Below are positions 26,701 to 39,993 of a DNA stretch of 64,000 nt, in pieces. Each line of letters begins with the position of its first letter. Position 1 is the first letter of the stretch. Origin of the DNA: Azolla caroliniana. Lineage: Eukaryota > Plantae > Polypodiophyta. The translations under genes were made by a program, and so were the position numbers. The DNA lies in NCBI GenBank assembly GCA_043228905.1, contig JBHGNT010000018.1:14012001-14076000 (forward strand). The letters run 5' to 3'. The notes below the pieces were generated by a model. The model did not search any database. It had not been told where the DNA came from and saw only the letters and a list, made by a program, of their open reading frames with translations.

Positions 26701-29700
26701 TCACCTCTGTTACCGATTCACAAACCTCCTTCATATTTTGTATTGCATTAATTTTGATCGGTGAAGGGTTCCCATACCACCTAGACATATGACCAGCTAT
26801 CAGAACTTCGTTCTGCCCAAAGCTTGACTTTGTTCCTGATAATGTCAAATGTACCTGCTCAAGCTTATTTAAAATACTTTCACAATCATTAATGTGATCC
26901 ATCACAAACTTTTTGCAACCATTTCCAACCATTGTCTCATCTTTCTCTCTTTCTAAGCATCCTTTAATAGGAATATCATTTGTAAATGACATAGTTACCT
27001 TTGGGATGTAGAACTTTGTTCATTGCATTCATCATATGAGCAACTGAATTTGTTGCACCTTGAGGTAGAGTGCACATCCGAACTAACCCAATTGGTGTTT
27101 TCATTGTTGTGATATTGCGACTATCAATTGCTAGTTGAAATTGGTCGTATCCCGAATATAGGTTTCCCATAGAGTAAATTGCTCTCCTAGCAAAAGCTTC
27201 CGCAAATTCATCAACGATTGGCCCAATCCCTGTATTTCAGATTTTTACTTTGTTGACTGGTTGTAGATCTTGAATGAATCTTAGAGAACCATCTTTCTTT
27301 GGAACTGTGAACTATTTATTGGAGTATGGTGCATTTGACGGCTCTAAAATTTTCATCTTCACTTTATCCTTCAGTAGCTCCAACAATTGAGGTAATCGAG
27401 CTCTCAGTATTGCAATAGGTTTAAAATTCCAAGTAATATGAGGAATAGTAAACATTACCATTGGCGTCACTACCTTTGGCTGTACACAACCAATCTTCTC
27501 GGCATTCAATGCGAATGCTTTCTAATGCCTAAAGATCATTTCTTTGAAAGTTGAAATCTCCGATTGTAGAAGGAATTCACCCCCTCCAATTCTCAAGTTA
27601 TTTATTGTCTCCAGAGTGAAGTCATGTCCGATCTTTTCTATTGGTTGTAACATAGGCTCACTTGATGCGGCCTCCATCTTCTCTTCGCTACCAATAGGTA
27701 ATGGTACTGGAGCAGGTTTGACCTTTTTATCTATTATTTTGTATTTTGTATTTTGTATTACATAAACTTTCCACTTCTTCATATTTACAATTATACCTAT
27801 CAATCTCATAATACATATCAATTGAGTTTACATTTATCTTTCTAACACTCTCATCATCTTCTTTCAAATACATTTCTAACTCTTCTATAGTATTTGCAAA
27901 AGAAATTTCTTCCATAACACTTTCAATCTGCTCTTCCATTTCAAGTACTCCATTATCCTTCAATGCCTGTTGAAAACAATTAGCATTCTTTTTCAAGTTC
28001 CTCTTGCATTCATACATCCTAGTCACACATATAACACCACTTTCAGAAACATGAAACGACTTATTCATATGTTGTAATGCCCCACGTGAGGGTGTTTTAA
28101 TAATGGGACTATTGCAACCCTCATTTGCAACAGTCCTAATAAAAAACATAATTCTTAAAATCATTATCTAGAGTCATTTGGTATCAAATGATCACAAAGC
28201 TCTTGCTTGTTCTCTCATGATTTGGGCTAATTGTCATAAACTATTGAGAAATCGCTTCAGAATTTAAATCACAATGAACAAACAATGTTGAAATACGAAT
28301 CACAAGATAGACAACTATGCACAGAGATTTACGTGGAAACCCTAAAACGGGAGAAAACCACGGGAATAGATCTTCACTATGGATAGTGGATATACAACAC
28401 TGAGAGGGTTACAACACTCTATCAAGTGTATCAGCCACGCAGGGCTCTTTGCGTCTGTTGTTACTCACATAGCTATGGCGTGACACACACTTCTATCTCA
28501 CACTCACATTTATGTTCACTTCTATTCTACATCTTAAAGTTTGCCCTAGTTGCATATATACTTACACAATTTTCTGGCTATTTACATACCTAGCCCTCAT
28601 GGGGCACACATTGAGACTATTTACAAGTATAGTCTCCCAAGTTGGCTATATACACGATTCTGGTTTCGGCCGAGGCCGAGTCCCTCATCAACTCGGCTCC
28701 CGTCTCTCCCCATTCGGAGTGATCTGTTTCCTAACATCATCATTATTATTACCATAATAATAACAACAGTCGAATCACTGTTTTCAACCCTTCGACAGTT
28801 GGCTTTCCGAACAGTCGGCTCTTCCTCCCACTGAAGGGACATATTCCCAACATAAACTGTATAGTTCGTCGTCCATCTTGGCTACGGATCTTCACATAGG
28901 TAGAACCATTGTCCAGGACTTTGGTCTCCATCCGTACAATTGTGATGTATGGTTGCCCGAAGATTATTGGATAGGTAGATCCTTCCTGCACAAAGAAATG
29001 TTGATCTACCTCAATATCACCAATAGTAACCTTTACATTTGGGCATGCACCAAATAAATCTTTGGTGACTGATGTGGCTGCTTTTACGTGCCAACCATGT
29101 TGAGTATCAATTGGCCATCTACCTTTCCTGTAAAAATCAGCAGTCTATATATTTATTTCAGAAACATGATCAATAAGTGCCATCACCGGGTCTAGAACAT
29201 TTCCAATCTTCACATGATACTCAATAGTGGCTCTTGCCCAACATTTACGAGAGTAGTGGCTTCTTGCATCAATTGAACTTATCATTGAGGTTGATGCATG
29301 TTGAGAGTCAACAATGATATTGTTTGACTCGCTGCTCACCACTTCATATACCACCTTCAGATTTGTCTCTTTAACCTGCTCATTTATTGCTTCTTTCTTC
29401 GCACAATATCAATTATTTCATCATGAAATTCCTTTTTTGCAATACCTAACACTTCCCTTAGTGTAATTTCTATTCGATTGTGTAGTATTCTTGTTTCTAA
29501 AATTTTCTTTAAATCTATATCCTTTTCAATATCAGACATTAATTTGAATGAAGGACCAGATTTACCTTTTCCAACTTTTGCGTCCATCTCTTTTCTTTTG
29601 CTTTCTCTTGTTTCATGCTTTTTTGTTGAGCCAATCTCATCATCCGACCTTTTCCTTTTTCTTCTACTATCACCTCATGTTCTTGGTGTTCTTCCATCTG

Positions 29701-31273
29701 AGCATAGACTATCATAGCATCTACTAAAACATCCCATCCAGTGTTTTTCTTTACAGAATGTCCGGCAACACGAAGTTCTTCCATCTTCAGCTTTTGTTTT
29801 TGTGCGAAACTTACAACCTTCTCCTAGAATGATGATCGGTATGACGTGTCATCGAGACACATTCCTGTCGTTGCCGAGTAGTACATTGCAGAAGCCTTCT
29901 TTGCTTCAGCTTCTTCAAACTTAACCTTGACACCACCATCACCAAAGTTCTTTGTAAGTGGACTTCTAGTTTCAGTTAAGTAAATCTTACCATTTTTCCA
30001 ATACATCAAGTCTCAATTTTCCATGTCTTTATATTCCTCACAATCACATAGTCGATGTTCGAGACTATCGCACCACATGCATCGAGGTCGAAATGGTTCC
30101 CTTGACCTTGAAGTCTAACCATTCTCAAGCTTTGCCACTTTAATTGTTAAATATTTCATTCTTTGAACTAAATCATCAAGCAAAGACTCACTCTTAGTTC
30201 CGGTCACCTCTCATTGTTGATGCACCATTTCGTCAAATGGTTCGCAACCAATCTTTTGAACTTCGATGTTTTGCTCGAGGCGATTCGTGATTCCCACATG
30301 TGGTATTTGTAGCATAGCACCATTCCTTTGCATTCTTTTCATAAATTTATTACAAGCAGTTGTTACCTCATTCCAATCTGCAATTATACCATCCTCGGTA
30401 TTTGGTACCTCAAGCATAAGTTCCAACTCTTTTCTATATCTCTTGTCAACTTCCTGCAAAAATAAAGCAAACCTTTTGCTAAGCCAAAGAATTTCTTTCT
30501 TCTGGCTTTAAGTGTCCATACAATCTATCAAATTCCTTTTTTGTGTCAACCACAGATAATCCTTTTTCTTTTAAGACCCATTCATGGAATGAACGCATAG
30601 TTACTCGAGAGAAATCTTCACGAGCATATTCAAACACAAGTGCTTCTTTGAATGCATTCCAATCCAAACTATACAATGTTTGTATTTCACGAATTCTATC
30701 TCTTAGTTCCATGTCCACTAATGTATAAAAGTTTGCTATCATATTGACATAATTCATACCAGACATTTCCATTTCATCATAATATTTGCATACTTCGAAA
30801 TATTTGTGCCATCAAACACACCAATCTTCTCTCGGACTTCTCGTAAGGCATGAAATAATCAATCTTGATTCAACTTTTCAATAAACCACCTTACTAGATC
30901 CATTGTGCTCGTACTTGCCATGTTCATGAATCTTGACTATCGATTGTCTCTTCTACTTAATTGTTTCACGTTACGTTCACCAAATTGTGTCGTGGTGTGG
31001 CTCGTGCAGAAGCGTTGCATTGTGCAGATAAAAGATAACGTGAAAGTGAGGAAGGAATTCCTGGGATTTTGGATGGAAGAAACAAAAGAGTAGAGATAGA
31101 GTAAATAGTGATCATCAAGATATGACAAGATAGGATGTAAAATGATAATTGAGGGAATGTAAGAAATTTATAATTATTTCATGAAAGAGTTACAAAATGG
31201 TTGCGAGCGTCGTTGAACTGTCAAACTTTGTCTCACAAGGTATTCACTCTTCTCATTCTTGATAGTAGACCAC
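23763..31273 (-). mobile_element. Degenerate AT-rich Gypsy D, same lineage as the intact element at 43609
   Basis: 3' LTR 23763-24832 (TGTCG...CGACA) with a PPT beside it. 5' LTR starts at 30988 and is truncated at about 31273. Decayed Trp PBS ttcacgttacgttcacca at 30965-30982. Peptides nearly identical to the intact element: LYSGYDQFQLA, EVRRFLGAC, LPYALWADRTTHSSVTGYMP. Confidence 0.9.
28242..28852 (-). mobile_element. Solo Copia LTR (B-like family) inserted at the protease end of Gypsy D
   Basis: TSD TAAAC (28237-28241, 28853-28857). Ends resemble the B LTR (t.ttgagaa...gggacatattcc.aaca). Removing it restores IQFMTISPNHER. Confidence 0.88.
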
Positions 31274-34200
31274 CCACTAAGGCTATGACACTGCTTTACA
31301 CTGAGGAAATCCACATACTAGAGGGGATAGACGACGAAGAACTCAAAACTTACCTAAAGGAGAATCCTTGAATCATGCCACTATTCGAGATCGACATCAT
31401 TAAGACAGCCGACAGATATGTCACACCTACTACACCAGACGTAGAGGACTATGAACCTGATATGGAGGCACTCATGGAACTCCTTTGGGTGTAGGATGCA
31501 TTTGATCAAGAAATGGAAATCTTTCAACGTGTCATGACATCGACCTTAGTAGAAATCAATATCGGTACTACCGATGCGCCGCGACCCCTCTCCATAACAA
31601 AGGATCTACCTCCTTCGGAGAAGGTAGCCATGATCAACCTCACAAATATAATGATGTGTTCACATGGTCACATGAGGATATGAAGGGACTTTATCCCAAA
31701 TTCTACCAGCATCAAGTTAATCTGGTGACGGACGCAAAACTCTTCCAACAAAGGTGCTACCACATGAACCCGAAATACGTAGCATACCTAAAAGAAGAAA
31801 TCGATAAGCTCCTAAAATGTGGCTGAGTCCGATTGTAGTTGTCCCGAAGAAGAACGGGAAAATCTATGTTTGCATCGACTATAGGAAGCTCAACACGGTC
31901 ACGATCACGGATGGCGTACTTGACCCTGTAGCCAGGCATGAGATGTATAGCTTTTTCGACGGCTTCAACGGTGGCTTGTAGACCTTGCCACGACAAAATG
32001 GGGGAATGAAGAGAGCACTCGGGCCGCGGAACTTGTAGTTCCCCGAAATGAACAACAGACCCCTCCTGAGGAGGAAACATACGAACAACCAAGCAGCCCC
32101 AAGCGCAAACGTTGCCGACTCGATCGTAAAGACAGTTAAGGTTTGGTAAAAGACCCAACTGCACAACCTATGTCCGCAGTAGCAGTCGAAAAGGAGCCCG
32201 CGCAGGTGCTTGAAGAAATTCCGCAGTCCCAATCAACCCTGACCAGAAATACAATACGAGGCAAAGGCATCCTCACGCCCGATAATGTGGTAGCCCAGAG
32301 AGGCTAGCCATGGCCCACGAATTCGCAGCACTGCTCCTTCGAAATCATGGAATTCTTGGCTACGCAACAAATCAAGGTCTCACAACACATGGTAGAGGAG
32401 CACGTGGAAAGGAAATGATTGAGCGAGCCCTGGCTAGAATGGTCGAACTAGAGGAAGAACACGCTCTAAGAAAGATTAGCTGAATGCGGAACGTGGATGA
32501 GGGTCGTATGGGAATCGAGCAGCCCCTATTAAACATCTCCTTAGTCGAAGTACACAGGGAGCTCGCCACGATGCAGAATGGAGCAAAGGATATGGTCCGC
32601 AAGAACAAGATGGCGAAGAAGGTTGAAAAGTATGCAAAAGAACAACTTGAGGAGGCCCAAAAGACAATTGCCGAATTGGAGCACTGACTTCATGAAGCCA
32701 CAGCCTCAAACACCACCACAACTAACCACACACATGAGCTACAAAAGCTCGAAGAAGAGGTCGAAGCTCAGACAACGATATCAGCCAAGGCCAAAAAGGT
32801 GGCAGAAGTCTCCAACATGGAGATACAGAGACTCCGCCCTGAACTCTGACAACCGTCATATCAAGAGTTTGATATAAGGGCGAACAGATGAAAAGCCGCA
32901 AAAAAGATCCAAGAAAAATTGGATGCCGAAATCACGGCTCATGCAAAGATGACCGAAGAGCTTAATAAGAAAACAAAAGAATCTTGTTGAGCTGAAGGGA
33001 TCATCGTGGCAGTACAGGATGCCATGCTAAACAGATGCCAATGGTACGAGGAACAAATTGAGATCGAACAACAAAACACGAGAGCGGTCGAAGTACGCTT
33101 GAATAATGAAATGGGTCGACTCGAAGCATTGCACGATAAAGAATCAAAACTATGGCAAGAGGTAAAGGTGGCCTCCAACCGAAACAAAATTTCAAACCTC
33201 AAGATAGCTCTCGAAGAGATACAGACGCGCACGGAAATGAGGACCGAACGCATAAAAATCCTCCTAGAAACAAAGCGCGAGAGATTCTCAGAACAACTTC
33301 AAGCAGCACTGAATAGAGGATGGGCCGAATGGAAAAGCAAGCCGCCGAGCTCCATACATACCGGGCTGATCAGGAGAATCAACAAAAAGATAGTAGGGGC
33401 TTCTACAAGTTGAATGACGAAAGCATTGCCATGGTCTGCGAGGACCTTATGCAAGTTTAACAAGCCCTTGCCAATCAACACTCTGAGGAGATCCTACAAT
33501 TTCTCGAGGAGTTCGGAGACAACTAGGTCGACACCTCCCTCCAGCTTCAGACAATCGAAAACGAGCAGAAGAAGGCAAAAGAGGAAAAAGAGAGGCCGCC
33601 ATGATACTCCCCAACAATGACTCCGGGGAGCACACAACAGAAGGACCGCAACACTCGAAAGAAGAAATTCTGGAGGTCACCACACTTGGACCTCGGCACC
33701 AGGATGACAGATGCGGCGGAAGGCCCAATGTAGGAACCATCACAAGAAGAACAAGCACAAGAAGCTACACCTGCGGAAGATGCACTACCAGCACCAATGG
33801 CCGCAAGAGAATGCCCCGAAGAACAAGCAAGAGGCGGAACTGGAACCAATAGAACCCATCACCCCGCCCATACCGGAGCCCCTCCAAAGTTGAGACAACC
33901 GAGCCTACCTATCCCCACAAAGCCGTGCCTACGATGTAGACCACAAGAACCCCCGTAGTTTCTATAGAAATGGAGCCTTCGGAACCAAACATCCTAGACA
34001 TCTTCGATGATAAATGAAGGTATTCTGTGGGTTCAACCGTGGAGGCACTTTCCCACAGGAGTGCCATGTGTTGGCCGCCTCGGATAGCCAAGTGGGAAAG
34101 GCCGAGAAAGAAAGAACAAACGGATGGTTACGACATGCGAAGAAGAAGGGTGGGGCCATAAAGTAATAATGAGGGAGTAGTAGCCATAGCGTAGGGTCAA

Positions 34201-34614
34201 CCAAGAGTAATCAATATATATAATGGTTCACGTGTTGAGTGTAACTGACCATGATCCTGTATATAAAGGGCATGGAAAACCGTAATGGGGGACAATAATT
34301 TTGTATTCAATCTCTGCAATATAATCTCTATTTCCTTGACTTGCTGTGTTCTCGTAATTCTTATCTCTGTTCGTGTCCAGTTCATTTATGTGTTGAGTCT
34401 CATACACAAGGTGTGCTCTTATGTAAGAAGTCGGTTGTAGTTGTCCTCCAAATCTCGGACATAGTCTCCACGATTAGGTTAGCACCTACGAGATTAGTAC
34501 ATAGTCATCTAGACCACGGTCAAGACGTACTTGTTCATCTTTGAACCATAATTATCCTTGAGCCAAACCCCGAAGGTTTGAGGGTTAGGCACCGTGTGTC
34601 CCTAACTAGTAACA
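31274..34614 (+). mobile_element. Deleted Gypsy fragment G (Tat/Athila-like): RT piece, decayed extra ORF, PPT, 3' LTR
   Basis: RT-like WLSPIVVVPKKNGKIYVCIDYRKLN at about 31820-31895. E/K/Q-rich broken ORFs at 32370-33900. PPT gaagaagaagggtgggg at about 34139-34155 and LTR about 34162-34614 ending AACA. Clade call is tentative. Confidence 0.65.
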
Positions 34615-36502
34615 TGTTGTTGACTTCTCCAGTTTTCACCTTGTAGACGCATTTATTTTTGAGTGCTCTCTTACCTTTCGATAACTCAACCAGGTCGTAG
34701 GTGTAATTCTCATGCAAGGAGTCCATCTCATCTTGTATTGTGCTCAGCCATTTCTCTTTCTGCTCTTTGGCAATGGATTCATCATAACACTCAGGCTCAC
34801 CTTCATTAGTCAAGAGGATGTATTGACCGGCGTCTGTCGTCGGTGATCTCCTTTCTCGGAGTGGGTATCTCCTTTCACTCGTCATCGGCTCTTGTTCGGG
34901 TGTCTTTGCCGAATCTTTTCTCTGTTCGGGTTCGTATGTGTCGATCAGTCGTTGAGGGTTTGCCGAATCTGAGTCATATTCCTCGATCGACTTCAATAAG
35001 TCAACTAACTCCGACTCTTCGGTATTCTACATATTGGTCGGTTGCTCCGAGTCAACCGACCTAGATTCGGCTTTGCCGACTGGTTGTCTTCGAACAAACG
35101 ATTGTGTCGGCTCACTTGGCCTTATGTCGGTAGTAGTGAGAGTTGACTTAGGTGTTGATTCCGACTGTTGTTGGTTCCAGTCCTCAATGATCGTATTGTC
35201 TTCCCAGAAGACTACGTCCCAACTCCTTACTACCTTCTTGTTGACTAAGTCCCAAAGCCTCTAGCCAAACTCATCTTCCTAATATCCCATAAATATGCAT
35301 GCTTTCGATTTACTGTTGAGCTTTGACCTCTGATCCTTAGCCACATGTATATACTCCAGACATCCGAACACCCTCAAGTGTTGGTAGGAGATCTCTTTTC
35401 CTGACCACACCCTCTGTGGGACATCGTCTTTCAATAGCACTGAGGGAGACTTGTTGATCAGATAAATGACTAAATAAATCACCTTAGCCTAGTATGATTT
35501 TGGCAACTTCGCATGTGACAATATGCTCCTTACTCTCTCCATAATTGTTCAATTCATCCTATTTGCAAGCGTGTTCAACTCAGGGTTCTTCGGCACTACG
35601 TATTTGCTTCGAATACCTTGGGCCTTTCAATATTCTTTGAACTGCCCTCTATATTCGCCACCATTATTGGTTCAGACAACCTTCAACTTCCGACCTAACT
35701 CTCGTTCGGTTCTTGCCTGGAACTCCTTGAACATTGACAGTACTTGATCCTTCGACTTCAGTACGAAGGCCCATGTCTTCCAACTATAGTCATCAATAAA
35801 CATTACGAAGTACCATCTAACTCGATGCAATGGAGCATCTACATAGCACACATCCGTGTGTACCAATTTAGTATCACTTCTCTTCTTCTCGATGGTCTTG
35901 AGTGGAATGTCGCTCTGTTCTGCTTTCCGACTAAACAGTCGACACACTTCTCAAGGTGTACTGTTTTTACTTCTGGTTGAAGTTCCTAGTCGGCTAGCAA
36001 ATCCATTCCCTTCTCACTCATGTGGCCTAGTTTCTTATGCCATAACTCTCCACTTGAGTCGGTTGTCATGTTCACTTCCGACTTGCACAATCAGGCATGC
36101 ATCATATACAATGTGCCTTCTTTCTGTGCTCGGGTCACTATGAGGTTTCCTTGGCAGAACTTCCACTTGCGGTTTCAGAAGCTACCACTATAGCCTTCAT
36201 CATCCAACCTTCCAGTGGATATCATATTCAGTCTGATATTGGGGACATGTCGAACTTCCCTTAGTGTTAGTCGACAACCTGTCAACATCATCAAGCTTAC
36301 ACTTCCTATCTGACCTATGTTTCCTTCCTCATTATCTCCCATCTTTACATAGCCATGATCCCCGGATGTGTAAGTCGAGAAACACTCTCTCGATGGAGTT
36401 ATGTGGAAAGATGCACCGGATTCGATTACCCATGAACACTTCACTTGCAAGCTTTGTGCTTGCCTGCTCACTAGTGAACAAGATCTCCTCTGCACTTGTA
36501 GC

Positions 36503-37293
36503 TAGGGATCGGCAACGGTTCGGTTTAGGCTTAGCCGGTTTGGCCTTATCCAAGCCAAACTAGTTAAGCCTAAACCGTTTAGGGGTTCTCAAACCTAAAC
36601 CAAACCAAACCAAAATGATCCCTAAACCGGTTTGTGAACCGGCTTGGTAAAGGGCTTGGAAACCGGTTTGGAAACCTGCCCCCCCCCCTCTCTCAGACGA
36701 TCCACAATGTACTATACAAGCTCCCTCCCTCCCTCCCTCTCTCTCAGACGATCCACGATGTACTATATACAAGCTCCCTCCCTCCCTCTCTCTCTCTCAC
36801 ACACATCTGTGTGGTTTCCCTCTCTCTTTCTCTCTCTTATCTGTGTAGTCTCCTATCTTCCTCCCTCTCTCCCCTTTGTGTAGTCTCCCTCTCTCTCCTC
36901 TATGTAGTCTCCCTCCCTCCCTCCCTCTCTCTCTCCTCGTCTGTGTAGTCTTCCTCACACACACACACACACTCCTCTGTGTAGTCTCCCTCCCTCTCTC
37001 TCTCTCTCTCCTCTGTGTACTCTCCCTTTCTCTCTCTCTCCTCATCTTTGTAGTCTCCCTTCCTCTCTCTCTCTCTCGTCATCTATGTAGTGTCCCTCAC
37101 ACACACACACACACACACTCTCTCTCTCTCTCTCAAGTTTCTAAACGGCTTAACCGGCTTGAGCCGGTTTGGCAAGGCTCAAGCCAAGCCGAACCGAGCT
37201 CAAACCTAAGCTGAGCCGAGCCGAGCCGCTAAGCCCTTTTAAACTGATTTAGCTAAATTGTTTAGGCTTGAGTCGATTCGTTGCCGATCCCTA
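36503..37293. mobile_element. hAT-type MITE (791 bp)
   Basis: Perfect 15-bp TIR TAGGGATCGGCAACG and 8-bp TSD CTTGTAGC (36495-36502, 37294-37301). Subterminal aaaccg/agccg repeats and a CT/CA microsatellite core. Confidence 0.95.
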
Positions 37294-38864
37294 CTTGTAG
37301 CTATGGCCGATGTGCCCTTTTCATCAGGAATCTTCCTGGGTTAAACATCATTACTGGAACCTTTGTTCTTCCTCTTGTGTCAGTAGTACTTCTGAAAGTG
37401 TCCAGTCTTTCCACAATAGAAGCATGTTAGCCTACCTCTGGACTTCGATATGGCTTGGGAATTGTCCCTCCTTTGTGGGCTCCTTTGCCTATTTCTAACT
37501 TAGCCAATATGTTGAGTCAGATTTCACTCCGACTGTAATAGGACACCCTTGCCCTTCCTTCTTGTCTCCTCGTTCAAGATGCTTGTCTTTACAACTTGAA
37601 GAGACAAGTTCTCTTCTTGACATGAGGTGTTGAGAGTCACCACCAGATTCTCCCAACTGTCCAGTAGGGTACATAGTAGTAGGATGGCCTGCATTGCATC
37701 TTCAAGGGGAAACTTGGTTGCAACAAGTTGGTTCACATACCCCATTAATGTGCTTATGTCCTCGACTATGTTTTATCCGTCCCTGTACTTCAGCCTTACA
37801 ATCTTTCTCATCAAAGATGTTTTGTTGAGGGCGTTCTTCCTCTCATACAAACCTGACAGCTTCTGCCACATCTTGTAGGCATTTATGTCGTTCGCCACAT
37901 GCTGAAGGACACTTACATCGACACATTGTCTGATGGTGTCCATTGCCTTTCTATTCAGAAGTTTCCATTTAGACTCTAATATCCTCGTGGGTATTTGTGC
38001 TCTGTCGATGGGCTCGTACAGGTCTTTGACTATGAGAAGGACTTCCATCTTTATCTTCCAGTCTGCATAGTTCTTAGAGTTTAGAACTATCATACTTGGG
38101 AACTTTCTCACACCTCCTTCCATCTTTCACCTCAGTGCTTTGATACCAGTTTTTTGAGAATCGAATACGTTGTTCCACAATAAGATACACTGAAAACAAA
38201 CAAAAGAAATGCAAAACAACAAAGTACACAATGATGCACACGGTTTTACATGGAAACCCTAAACTGGGAAAGCCACGGGGAACAGAGATCCACCATACAA
38301 GAGAATACAGAAAATAGTTACAAATCTTCTCTGATGATCTCAAAGGATAACCCACTTAGGGTTCTTAGCAAGTTCACTAAACTTTGCCATCGTTCTCTCC
38401 CTCACACCACTCTCTCTTCTCTATCACTCTCTGCAACAGAGGCTCACAACAATTGTTTTTGTTCTACTCACTCTATGTTTGCCCTAAGTGTATTTATACT
38501 TATATGCAACATGGGCTATTTACAAATGTATCCACGGCTATTGTCATTCCTATTATTATACGAAGTAACAGTAATAGTTAATCAACCGACAGGTCTACTA
38601 GTCTATTCGACTAGCCGACTCTATTGTCGATTGTCTAGTGGCCCGACTAGTCGACCTTGTCTTCGACCATCCGGTCAGTCCGACTAATCACTCGTGTCTT
38701 CAACCTGGATCACTTTGGATATTGTCGACTCTCCATGTCTACTCCCCCTTGCCTTTGACAATCGGCTCTCAGACCAGTTGGCTACTCCTTGTTTTCGACA
38801 ATCAGCTCTTACTCAACCGAACAGTCGGCTCCTCCTACAGGAGGGACATATTCCTAACACATAT

Positions 38865-39497
38865 AACCCTTGTTTTCCTTTGAATATCCCATGAATGCAC
38901 ACATCTACTTGTGCATCTGGTTGTTGCATACTTCCGCCAGAATATGCATATATGCAGTCAACCAGAATAGTCTTAGGTCTGAGAGTTTTAGTTTCCTCTT
39001 GTAGGGCTTTTCATTTGGTGCGTTCTTTTTCTCACATGTTGTGATACATCTCTCCCTGGTGTATACATTTGTTGCTTCCGCTCAATATTACATCAACATC
39101 ATCGTTTCTTCCACCATCGCTCAAATGATGTTGTCAATTGTTCTATTATTTTACTCCACCACTCTGCTTTGTTGTGATGTATAACAAAATGTCTAGTATG
39201 ATCAGATTCCTTGGTTGTTCAAGAAGTCTAAGAACTCATTAGAAAAATGTTCTCCACCACAATTAGATCTAAGGAAACACATCTTGTTCTCTAATTGCTT
39301 CTCAACTAGACACTTGAAGTCCTTGAAGTTGAAGTTCTTGAAATCATCACTCTTCAGCTTCATAAAATAAATCCATGTTCACTTTGAGAAGTCATCTATG
39401 AAAGTGATGTAGTATTTCAGTCTACAAATGGACGGATTACTGAAAGGCCTCTAGATGAATAAGTCTATTAACTCGAATGCACTCTCACTTTGGCTTC
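38865..39497 (-). pseudogene. Old Copia A: integrase core remnant
   Basis: Minus-strand KYYITFIDDFSK-TWIYFMKLKS and CAFMGYSKENKGY. Cut at 39497 by the Tf1/Tcn1-type LTR. Confidence 0.8.
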
Positions 39498-39649
39498 TGT
39501 CATGATGACACTCATATTATGCCTCGAAAGGATTTGAACCCACGACCTTGTTATACACATATCAAATCCTTAACCATTGTAAATAATATGCTTATATTTT
39601 TAGTTGTTAGAATATATAATCTAATATGATAAGAATATTCTATCACTCT

Positions 39650-39775
39650 ACATTCTAGAATGACCTAGAATATTCTAGAGTGTTCTATATACTAGAACCT
39701 TCTAAAATACTCTAGAAACCTTCTAGATTACTCTATACTCTAGAATGTCCTAGAAGATTCTAGAGTGTTCTATAT
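39650..39775 (+). promoter_or_regulatory. Degenerate heat-shock element array upstream of TATAAATA (39791)
   Basis: Repeated ttctagaa, agaatattctag, agaaccttct and agaagattctag motifs. Confidence 0.65.
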
Positions 39776-39981
39776 TAGTCTACAGGGATTTATAAATAGG
39801 GATCTATCAATCATCCCAAAACCAAATTGGTTCAATGCCATTCTATAGCTCTCTTTTGCCTACTCTTTGTTATACTTCTTGAAGTGCAATATAATACTCT
39901 CCTTTCAATTCTCTCTCTCTCCTTAACACTATATCTCTTTCTCTTTCTCTCTCTCTCTCTCTTTCTCTTTGTCTTGACAAT

Positions 39982-39993
39982 TTGAACCAATTT
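39982..39993 (+). other. Self-priming PBS (Tf1-type)
   Basis: TTGAACCAATTT lies 2 nt after the LTR end and is the exact reverse complement of AAATTGGTTCAA at 39824-39835, 33 nt after the TATA start. Confidence 0.8.

Larger units (their letters stand above)
16189..38859 (-). mobile_element. Copia B (Tnt1/Tork-like), full-length but degenerate, with multiple nested insertions
   Basis: 5-bp TSD CATAT (16184-16188, 38860-38864). 3' LTR 16189-23020 (split by Copia C) and 5' LTR about 38152-38859. PBS tggtatcaaagc (38137-38148, iMet) and PPT at 23021-23037. Gag, PR, INT and RT start at 34615-38123; RT end and RH at 23040-23762. Confidence 0.92.

Noticed and set aside
36560-37214. ORFs rich in SLSL/RERE
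   Set aside because: Microsatellite translations within the MITE.
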